Source of the DNA: Nitrospirota bacterium
GTDB lineage: Bacteria > Nitrospirota > UBA9217
DNA length: 64,000 bases
Direction: 5' to 3'
NCBI GenBank assembly: GCA_963705595.1
Contig: CAVPKD010000004.1
Location: 451,111-515,110 of the forward strand
Positions within the stretch are counted from its first letter, which is position 1. Every line of letters begins with the position of its first letter. A model generated the notes under the pieces. The model was not told the origin of the DNA, did no database searches, and was given only the letters and a program-made list of their open reading frames with translations. Below, one piece after another: positions 23,095 to 31,923 of the stretch. Both the position numbers and the translations under genes were made by a program.

Positions 23095-23182
23095 TTGACA
23101 GAGTGCGCCTCTGGGTGTATTTTATCAAAGCTTTGACATGGTTTTGCCGTGCCAAGAGCCCCTTGAAAAAGGGGCTTTTTTT
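23095..23182 (+). promoter_or_regulatory. promoter-terminator pair about 50 nt apart (candidate sRNA or attenuator) upstream of the glutamate-synthase-like operon
   Basis: TTGACA (23095-23100), 17 nt, TATTTT (23118-23123). Then a perfect hairpin AGCCCCTT-gaaa-AAGGGGCT (23157-23176) followed by T6. Confidence 0.35.
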
Positions 23183-23302
23183 CACCCTGGTGAGCAAAGG
23201 TCGTTTTGTGCGAAACCGGATCCCCTCCGCGCAGCAGCAGGCCTTCAATCCCGCGGCTAAATCAGAAAAATACCAGTAGTACAGAGATTACGAGGTGCAA
23301 GC

Positions 23303-24413
23303 ATGTGCCGTTTGAGCGCAATTACATCGAGCGAGTATATTTCTCCCATGGAGAACATCTACGCGCTTGAGACAATGAAGGAAGGCCACGACGGATCCGG
23401 ACTGGGGCTCATGCTCAAGGACATGGGAGGTCCGTTCGCCGATTTTAAACAGTATCCTACCCTGTCGGCCATCTGTTCGAACAATGGCCTTGCCATGCTC
23501 GACGACTATATGAAGGCCCAGGGCTTTACGGAAAAGTTCTCCTGGGAGCCGTCGATCAAGAGCGTCCCCGGCATCGAGCGCCGGGAGCATTATCTCGCGA
23601 AGGTCTATGACTACCCCGCCGTGTACAAGGACAAGTCGAAGCAGGAGCAGGAAGACCTGCTCATGCAGACGCGGCTTGCGCTCAGACAGCAGGGCGAGCC
23701 TGACGGGTCGCTCTTCGTCTTTTCGTTCTATCCCGATGTCCTGACGCTCAAGGAAGTGGGGGACCCGCTCCAGCTCGGCGAGTTCTTCGGCCTCGAGAAG
23801 TCCGGTCTCAAGGCCAAGATCGTCCTGGCCCAGGGCAGGCAGAATACGAACTACGCCATCTACCTCTACGCCTGCCATCCGTTCTTCATCCAGGGCTACG
23901 CTACCATGACGAACGGCGAGAACACGGCCTTCGTGCCGATCCGCGAGTTCCTTATGGGCCGCGGCAATCCGGGGTACATGGGCTATAATTCAGATTCCGA
24001 GGTCTTTACCCACATCCTGCATTACACGAACAGGACCCTCGGCTATCCGCTGCACTACTACAAGGACGTGATCACGCCGATGAAGGACGCCGAGATCGCC
24101 AAACGGTCCGACGCCGCGGCGCTCCGGCTGCTCAAGAAATCGCTCCGGCCGCTCTGCATCGACGGTCCCAACTGCGTGATCGGGTTCACGCCCGACGGCA
24201 CCTGTTTCATGGTGCAGGACTCGAAGAAGCTCCGGCCCGGCGTGGTTGGCGGCAAGCCCGGCAAGTACGCGCTCATGTCCGAGGTCTGCGGCGTGGACAG
24301 CGCCGTCCCGGACCGGGACAAGATCAACGGACATCTTCCCCATGAAGTACGACATGGTGATCATCGCGCCTGGCGCGCGGGAGGTTAAGGTATGGAACCA
24401 GCTACACGGTTAG
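23303..24413 (+). pseudogene. glutamate-synthase domain-1-like class II glutamine amidotransferase; frame break near 24335
   Basis: ORF 23303-24388 starts MCRL (N-terminal Cys after Met) and continues ...HDGSGLGLM. The family-like tail FPMKYDMVIIAPGAREVKVWNQLHG reads in another frame to the TAG at 24411-24413. Confidence 0.8.
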
Positions 24414-26052
24414 ATCAGAACCATCAGCTCTCGATAAAAGAGCTTCCCTATATCATTCAGTGGCGCGAGGACCGCTGCACGCGCTGCGGCCGCTGCACGG
24501 CCGTCTGCCCCATGAAGGCCATCGAGGCCACGGTCTACACCCAGCGGGTGGTGTCATCCGAGGGCGCGAGCCCTGAGCCCAAGGTGACGCCGCCGGCTGA
24601 CCCACGTGGTGCGCCAGGTCACGGAGATCGAGCGCTACTGCATCGGCTGCGGCACGTGCTCGCTCGTCTGCCCCACGGACGCCATTTTCCCGGAGTACAA
24701 CTTCCAGCACAAGCTCTACCACTTCAGGAACAAGGGCGGCATCCCCTTCATGCGCGGCGGCACGGCGGAACGATCCGTCAACATCGACGCTCGACAAGCT
24801 CAAGTTCACGCGCATCTCGATGCTCACCGACCCGGCCCTCGACGCTGGCAGGCATGAGTTCCGCATCAGGACGCTCCTCGGCAGGAATCTTCCCGGCGGA
24901 GCAGCTTCCGATCAAGGTGGAAGGCGACAAGCTTGCGATCAGCAACCACACTTTCATTCCGCCGGTGCGCGAGATCTATCCCGATCCGCATCGGCAGCAT
25001 GTCCATCGGCGCTCTCTCACCGCACATGTGGGAAGGCCTTGCCATGGGCATCACGTATCTGAACGAGGTCGAAGGCCTGCCGGTGGTCATGTGCTCTGGC
25101 GAGGGCGGCATGCCGCCGAGCATTCTGAAGTCCCGTTACATGAAATATTTCATCCTCCAGATCGCGTCGGGCTACTTCGGCTGGGACGAGATCATCCATG
25201 CGCTCCCGGACATGATCGAAGACCCCTGCGCAATCGAGATCAAGTACGGCCAGGGCGCAAAGCCCGGCGACGGCGGTCTGCTCCAGGCCTACAAGGTGCT
25301 CGGTCTTATCGCGAAGATCCGCGGCGTTCCGCAGTTCGTCGACCTGGCATCGCCGCCCACGCACCAGACAAAATACTCGATCGAAGAGGCGGTCGCGAAG
25401 ATGATCCAGTCCATGTCCATGGCCTGGGGCTTCCGCGTGCCGGTCTATCCGAAGATCTCCGGCACCAAGACGGCCCGTGCCGTGCTGAACAACCTTGCGC
25501 GCAACCCCTATGCGGCGGCGCTCTGCATCGACGGCGAGGACGGCGGCACCGGCGCGGCCTACAATGTTTCCATGGACAAGATGGGCCATCCCATCGCATC
25601 GAACATCCGCGACTGCTACCTCGATCTCGTGAAGCAGGGCAAGCAGAACGAGCTTCCGCTCATCGCCGCGGGCGGCGTGGGCAAGGGCGGCAACCTGGCG
25701 GCGAACGCGGCAGCGCTCATCATGCTCGGCGCGTCGGCCGTGGACATCGGCAAGTACATCATGCAGGCCGCTGCAGGCTGCTTCGGCGACGAGTACAACC
25801 GCTGCAACGTCTGCAACCTCGGCAAGTGCCCGCGCGGCATCACGACGCAGGACCCGAAGCTCTACCGCAGGCTCGATCCCGGACAAGGTGGCCGAGCGGG
25901 TGGTCGAAGTGTTCAAGGCAGCGGACGTGGAGCTCAAGAAGATCTTCGCGCCGCTCGGCAGGAGCACCGAGCTCCCGATCGGCATGTCCGATGCTCTGGG
26001 CGTCGCCGACAAGGAGATCGCGGACCGGCTGCAGATCAGCTACGTGTGTTAG
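24392..26052 (+). pseudogene. 2x[4Fe-4S] ferredoxin domain fused to the glutamate-synthase FMN-binding (domain-2-like) core; at least 5 frame breaks
   Basis: GGAGG sits 7 nt before ATG 24392. Motifs: CTRCGRCTAVCP, CIGCGTCSLVCP, then (ORF 24933-26117) SIGALSPHMWEGLA...EIKYGQGAKPGDGG...CIDGEDGGTGAA...AAGGVGKGG. The last segment ends ..RLQISYVC at 26052. Confidence 0.8.
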
Positions 26053-26214
26053 TTATTCGCGACAGAGAAACAGAGACACAAAGAAAAGATGAAACCTTTG
26101 ACGCTGAAAGATCTTGATTCCCTCAGATGAATCATAAGGATCAGCGTTAGTCGTTGTCAACATAAGAGTGTTTCTCCATGTCTCTGTGGCTTATTAATAT
26201 GTTTTGAGGAAAAA

Positions 26215-28540
26215 ATGATAATCAAGGGCAATATCGACGGAAAACGGGTCTCTTCGAAAGACCTCGAAGAGCAGGTCCAGAAGGCCATCAAGGACGGCGC
26301 CAGGGAGCTCACCGTCAGGCCGACGGCCAGCACGGCATCGGCGGACGCATCTGGCCGCGCGGCGAGAAGGTGAAGGTCACCATCGAGGGCACGGCCGGCC
26401 AGCGCGTCGGCAGCATGGGCATGGACAACACCGAGATCGTGGTCAAGGGCTCATCGTCCGACGATACGGGCTGGCTCAACTGCGGCGCCACCATCACCGT
26501 GCTCGGCGATGTGGCGAACGGCGCGCACAACGCAGGCGCCCAGGGCAAGCTCTATGTCCAGGGCGGCGGCGGCGCGCGCTGCGACACGATGACCAAGAAG
26601 AACCCCCGCTTCCCGGACCTTCAGTCCTGGTACTTCCGCGGCGTGGGCGACTCCTTTGCCGAGTTCAAGGCAGGCGGCATTGCCGTGGTCTGCGGCGTGG
26701 ATCCCCGCGATCCCGAGAACATCCTGGGCTACCGTCCCTGCGTGGGCATGGTCGGCGGCACGATCTATTTCCGCGGCCCCATCAAGGAATACAGCAAGGC
26801 AGACGTCAGGCTCGTGGACCTGACGCCCCAGGACTGGGAGTGGCTCACCACGAACATGAAGCCCTATCTCCAGGCCATCGACCGCATGTCCCATTACGAA
26901 GAGCTCACGAAGGACATGAACGCCTGGAAGAAGCTCATCGCCTTCACGCCGGCCGAGAAGGCCAAGGCAAAGGGCAAGCTCAAGATGGGCCTGACCGAGT
27001 TCCGTTTGAACGTGTGGGAGAAGGAAGTGGGCAAGGGCGGCATGTTCGGCGCCTATCTTACCCACGACCGCTCCGTGCTTCCGTATATCACCACCGGCGA
27101 GGAACGCCGCTGGATGCCGGTCTGGAAGAACGACAAGTATCTTCCGCCCTGCGCCTATGCCTGCCCGTCGCGCATCCCGTCGCACAAGCGCGCGCACGCT
27201 CATCAGGCAGGGGAGGACCGCCGAGGCGCTTGCGCTCGTGCTCCAGTACAGCCCGCTTCCGGCAACGGTCTGCGGCACGGTCTGCCCGAACCTCTGCATG
27301 ACCGACTGCACCCGCGGCAGGGTCGACGAGCCGCTGAACATCAAGGAGTACGGTGCGGCTGCGCTCAATCTCAAGGCCCCGAAGAAGGCAAAATCAACAG
27401 GCCACAGCATCGCCGTCATCGGCGGCGGACCGGGCGGTCTCTCAGCAGCATGGCAGCTCGGCCTCAAGGGCCATACCGTCGATCTCTTCGAGGCAGTCGG
27501 ACAAGATCGGCGGAAAGCTCGAGATGTGCATCCCGCGCGAGCGTCTGCCCAAGAAGATCCTGGATAAGGAGCTCTCGCGTTTTGCCGAGATCGGCGTGAA
27601 TGTCCATACCAAGGTTGCCGTGGACAAGAAGAAGTTCGAGAAGATCTACAAGCACCACGATGTCGTTGTCGTTGCCGTCGGCGCTCATGAAGGCCGCGTT
27701 ATCCCGTTCCCGGGACACGAGGACGTGGTCAAGGGCATCGACTACCTCAAGGAAATCAACTTCGGCAAGCCGAAGAACCTCAAAGGCAAGAAGGTCGTGG
27801 TGATCGGCGCGGGCAACGTGGGCATGGACATCGCGTGCCAGGCCTATGACCACGGCGCGGAGATCGTGACCTCCGTTGACATCCAGAAGCCTGCGTCCTT
27901 CGGCAAAGAGCAGGAAATGGCGAGGGCGAAAGGCACGCAGATCCTGTTCCCGAAGGTGACCGAGAAGTACGATGCCAAGGAAAAGAAGATCTATTTCAAG
28001 GACGGCACGTCGCTCGACGCCGACATGGTGATCATCTCCATCGGCGAGAAGCCGGTGCTCGACTTCCTGCCTGCGGAGATCCACACCGAGCGCGGCTACA
28101 TTGTCGTGAACGATCTGGGCCAGACCTCGGACGTGAAGGTCTTCGCCATCGGCGACGCGACCAAGCCGGGCCTCGTGACGCACGCCATCGGCCAGGGCAA
28201 AGTTGCAGCTGACGTGATCAATGCCCAGCTCATGAACTATGACTACGTTCCTGAGGAGCGGCAGGTCATTCCCTACGAGAAGGTCAAAACCCAGTACTAC
28301 GAGGTCTGCAGGCTCGAAGGCAAATTCTCGGCGAAGAAGGAAGCGGACCGCTGCATGAGCTGCGGCTCCTGCCGCGACTGCGGCATGTGCGAACAATCCT
28401 GCTACTACGGCGCTATAACGCGCAGGAAACTGCCGAACAAATCCTTCGAGTACACGGTGGACGAGTCCAAATGCATCGGCTGCGGTTTCTGCGCGGGCAT
28501 CTGTCCCTGCGGTGTGTGGGATATGGTGGAGAATGTTTAG
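26215..28540 (+). pseudogene. fusion of the glutamate-synthase GXGXG (domain-3-like) module with a GltD-like NAD(P)H/FAD oxidoreductase and C-terminal [4Fe-4S] motifs; about 3 frame breaks
   Basis: GTAGQRVGSMGMDNTEIVVKGSSSDDTGWLNCGATITVLGDVANGA... continues without a stop into CAYACPS..CGTVCPNLC..IAVIGGGPGGLSAAW..VVVIGAGNVGMD..CMSCGSCRDCGMCEQSC..CIGCGFCAGICP. Confidence 0.8.
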
Positions 28541-28640
28541 ACATGGGCGGCCAACAGGAGGCGCTTCTGGGCGACATGGATTTGCACGAATAAAGGCAGC
28601 AAGTTAGCCACGAGCGAGTGCGAACTTATTCGAAATGAAA

Positions 28641-28672
28641 AGCTTGCCAGGGAGATCTGGCAGGCTTTTTTA
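28641..28672 (+). terminator. intrinsic terminator after the glutamate-synthase-like operon
   Basis: AGCTTGCCAG-ggagat-CTGGCAGGCT followed by T6. Near-identical to the hairpin at 30873-30908. Confidence 0.7.
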
Positions 28673-28702
28673 TCTCGTTTTAACATAGGGTAAATAACAT
28701 AA

Positions 28703-28735
28703 GGCCCGGTCTCTGACCGGGCCCTTTCTATTTTC
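28703..28735 (+). terminator. second tandem hairpin/terminator
   Basis: GGCCCGGTC-tct-GACCGGGCC followed by CTTTCTATTTT. Confidence 0.5.
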
Positions 28736-28950
28736 GGAAGGATAGAGGATGCAAGGGAATGCATGTCTCGTGACTTGGGGATCGTTGTCACTGACGTTGC
28801 ATATTGTGCTTAAGGCGGGCAAACGATGATAGAGACACCCGTGTGGCTCATACAGGCGGTTCTCTTATTGATCGCATGCGGCGCGTGGGATTCTTCCGGA
28901 AGCCAGGAACGAACCAGATGCTCAATTCCTACTGTCTCTGATCGGTAACC

Positions 28951-29140
28951 TTGACATCCCTTCGATGCGGTGATACCTTTTAAGTTGAAAATCCCGATAA
29001 AACCGAACCTGCCGCGAGGGAGGGGCGGAAAGCAACGGGTCTTCACTTCGTAAACTACGAAGACAGCCGGGCTGCCGAAGGATAATTCTTTGGTATGCCC
29101 GATTTTTTATTAGATCGAGGGTGCCGATCAGGAGGATGCC
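28951..29140 (+). promoter_or_regulatory. promoter plus about 155-nt 5' leader (copy A of a conserved leader) with an internal terminator-like hairpin
   Basis: TTGACA (28951-28956), 17 nt, TACCTT. Conserved GAAAATCCCGATAAAACCGAACCTG..GAGGGAGGGGCGGA from about 28987. Hairpin 29046-29062. Compound hairpin 29068-29101 followed by ATTTTTT, just before the hydrolase Shine-Dalgarno. Confidence 0.4.
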
Positions 29141-30106
29141 ATGGACAACAAGAGAGATTCAGGAACAGGGCCGTCGGCTGATTTCCCCTTCGTGAGCAGG
29201 TTCGTCAGCATCGGAGGCTACCGGATTCACTATGTGGAGGAAGGCAAGGGGGACCCCGTCCTCTTCATCCATGGTAACGCGACCTCATCCTACCTCTGGA
29301 GAAACATCCTGCCGCAGGTAGCGTGGAAAACGGGAGAGAGGGGCATCGCACTGGATCTTCTGGGTTTCGGCAAGTCAGATAAACCTGATGAAATAAGCTA
29401 TACCTTGCAGCTGCATTACGACATCCTGGAAGGGTTCATCGAGCATCTCGATCTCAGGAACATCATCCTCGTACTCCATGACTGGGGAGGTCCGCTCGGG
29501 ACCTATTATGCAGTCCGGCATCCCGAGAACGTCCGGGGAATGGTGCTTATGGAGACTTTCCTCTGGAACATGTTGTGGGATGACTTCGGAAAGTATAAAC
29601 AGGCATTCAAGCTCTTCCGTTCCCCGGCAGGTTATCTCATGATCCAGGCTATGAATTTCTTTGTGAACAAGATCCTTCCTGGATCGGTCGCACAGAGAAA
29701 GAATATGACGAAGGAGATCATGCGCCACTACCGGGAGCCTTTTCCAACCATCAGGTCGCGAAGGGCTATGAGGGTATTTCCGCAGCATCTGCCGATCGAG
29801 TGCAAACCTCCGGAAAGCTATGAATTCATCGAGGCGATCGAACAGAGGCTTCCGGCTGTGAAATTTCCGGTCTTGTGGATCAAAGCGACCCCCGGGGCGG
29901 TCATCTCGGAAATCACGGAATACCGTCTCATCACGCTGAAGGCTAGGTTGCCTCAGCTTGAGGTGAAGGAGTTTGGTCCCGGTCTGCACTATCTGCAGGA
30001 GGATGACCCTCAGAAGATCACCGAATTGATCGTGGAATGGATGCGCAAGAACAAGCTGGCAGGAACAACGGGTTCCAACCCCAGGGTAATGCGTGAAGCC
30101 GCGTGA
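29141..30106 (+). CDS. alpha/beta hydrolase of the haloalkane-dehalogenase family
   Basis: Intact 321-aa ORF. HGNATSSYLWRNILPQV and LVLHDWGGPLG (Asp nucleophile context) resemble the HLD-II/Renilla-luciferase-type signatures. Confidence 0.8.
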   Translation: MDNKRDSGTGPSADFPFVSRFVSIGGYRIHYVEEGKGDPVLFIHGNATSSYLWRNILPQVAWKTGERGIALDLLGFGKSDKPDEISYTLQLHYDILEGFIEHLDLRNIILVLHDWGGPLGTYYAVRHPENVRGMVLMETFLWNMLWDDFGKYKQAFKLFRSPAGYLMIQAMNFFVNKILPGSVAQRKNMTKEIMRHYREPFPTIRSRRAMRVFPQHLPIECKPPESYEFIEAIEQRLPAVKFPVLWIKATPGAVISEITEYRLITLKARLPQLEVKEFGPGLHYLQEDDPQKITELIVEWMRKNKLAGTTGSNPRVMREAA

Positions 30107-30348
30107 TCATCACACTTCTCAGTAAAGAATTCCGCGGTTACCTTGCTGTGTTTGCCAGTTTGCATGAAAATCGAGGTTTGACAATTTTATCTGTCCCAAG
30201 AGAAAGAGAGATCTGCTCGTTTGATTTGCGGGGACCATATTTTTCGGTTCAACGCGCGATTTGCAGAAAATACGAGTCGCGACAAATTTAAAGTCTTCTT
30301 CTGAAATAGGGAAAGGGATTTTCTGCTTATCAGGGTCATGATAAAACC

Positions 30349-30387
30349 TTGACTTTTAAATTATTTCTCGATAGACTCCACTATCGA
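30349..30387 (+). promoter_or_regulatory. candidate promoter with an overlapping inverted repeat upstream of the DUF1523-like gene
   Basis: TTGACT (30349-30354), 17 nt, TAGACT (30372-30377). Perfect inverted repeat TCGATAG-n6-CTATCGA at 30368-30387. Confidence 0.4.
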
Positions 30388-30438
30388 AAAAATTAACAAT
30401 GTGAGAAGATCATTAAAGATCCAGGGAGAGATATATAT

Positions 30439-30777
30439 ATGGCTGAATTCAGCACAAAGACGAAGGTCAAAGCGATTCTGATAGGAATAGTCATTTGTAT
30501 CCTGATGGTGCTATATAGTTATTTTGTTTCAGACACGATCATAACGAAGATAACCGATGCGCAGATGACGATGGTGAACGGAAGGTTCATGATCGCCACG
30601 GAGTACCGGCCCTTTGAAAACTTCGATGCTAAATACCGGTTCAAATTCAATTCTGGTACTGTCCAGAACGATGCCATCAGATTGAAGGGGAAATTGGTCA
30701 AAATCCGCAAGTACGGATGGAGGATACCGTTTATTTCCTTGTACGAGAATGTCGTAAAGATCGAAGAGGTGAAGTAG
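30439..30777 (+). CDS. small membrane-anchored protein, shortened DUF1523-like (tentative)
   Basis: Intact 112-aa ORF with an N-terminal TM helix. FENFDAKYRFKFNSG and KYGWRIPFISLYENV resemble the NEDTGW..YFKFDS and YGWRIP.LS..PN blocks of DUF1523 (from memory). Confidence 0.55.
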   Translation: MAEFSTKTKVKAILIGIVICILMVLYSYFVSDTIITKITDAQMTMVNGRFMIATEYRPFENFDAKYRFKFNSGTVQNDAIRLKGKLVKIRKYGWRIPFISLYENVVKIEEVK

Positions 30778-30872
30778 CGAGGGGGAGCACGCTGGAGATC
30801 CTGGAAGTTTACGTGAGCAATCATAGCCTGACGCAAAGGGTCTGCAATTGATAAGTCCAGAAGAGAATAAAA

Positions 30873-30908
30873 AGCCTGCCAGAGAATGATCTGGCAGGCT
30901 TTTCTGTT
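30873..30908. terminator. bidirectional hairpin terminator between convergent genes
   Basis: Perfect 10-bp stem AGCCTGCCAG/CTGGCAGGCT with A-rich 5' and T-rich 3' flanks. Confidence 0.7.
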
Positions 30909-30927
30909 TATTCCTCACCCCATTTAA

Positions 30928-31515
30928 TTAGTGCGGTGGAGGCGGGGATGGAACGGAAGCGGGAACCAGGTTTTTGACGGGTTTGAGGCTCTTGAGATAG
31001 GCAAAGATCGCCTTCATATCTGCGTCCGTAAGTTTTGCGTAGTCCTGCCAGGGCATTGGCGGCAAAATGTTGCGGCCCGATCCCATAAACTTGCCGGTTC
31101 GCAATATCTTTATGAACAGTTCTTCATTCCAAACACCCGTGCCGGTTTCCGCGTCAGGCGTAAGATTGGAAGTATAACTTGTCCCCCAGGGTCCGACCCA
31201 GCCTGTTAGATTGTTATTGGTTATGGCGCCCCATTTGTCCTTGCCGAATATATTTTGCGGAACCTCGGGCAGTTTTTCATCGGCCGGATGCCCGGAAAGA
31301 AGCCGCGCTTCATCCGGCACGGGGCCGATCGGCGTCATTTTCTTGGGGGAGTGACAATCGTTGCATCCTGCAATTGTCACAAGATAGTGACCTCTTTCGA
31401 CCATCGTCATCGTAATGCTGATCCCCTTTTGTTCTGCAGCGAATGATGACCCGGGCACCAGGAGAAGGCTGCATAACCCCACAATGACACACCCCGCAAT
31501 GGTTATTGTTCTCAT
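30928..31515 (-). CDS. secreted monoheme c-type cytochrome
   Basis: Intact 195-aa ORF with a signal peptide (IAGCVIVGLCSLLLVPGSSFA) and a single CNDCH haem-binding motif. Confidence 0.8.
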   Translation of the reverse strand: MRTITIAGCVIVGLCSLLLVPGSSFAAEQKGISITMTMVERGHYLVTIAGCNDCHSPKKMTPIGPVPDEARLLSGHPADEKLPEVPQNIFGKDKWGAITNNNLTGWVGPWGTSYTSNLTPDAETGTGVWNEELFIKILRTGKFMGSGRNILPPMPWQDYAKLTDADMKAIFAYLKSLKPVKNLVPASVPSPPPPH

Positions 31516-31923
31516 GCTATACGACCTCCTTTATAGTGAAATAAAAATTGCGCAAGTATATAAAAACAATGCATAGTCCAGGTGATATCAAATAAAAGGC
31601 CGCACCCTATTCTCGCATGCAGGATAGCATATTCTGCACTACGCCTATGTCTGATCAAAGAAGCTTAAAAAAAAAGATAGCGCAAGGTTACACGGCAGTC
31701 AATGTGTCAAAGGTATGATTATTAAGCAACTCGTGGCGGCATTCAGAAAGGTCGCTTTTTATCGGCGTCTTCCTGCCTCATTTGACATAAATTAATTATA
31801 GAAATACAATTAAATAAAGTCCAGCCTGTTCCTTGGAAATATCACGAAGCGGCCTTTTCCATACGCCTTAAGGCTTAGAGGATGGTTGTACATGTTCGGC
31901 GTGGTTTTGACCGGAGGTGAATC

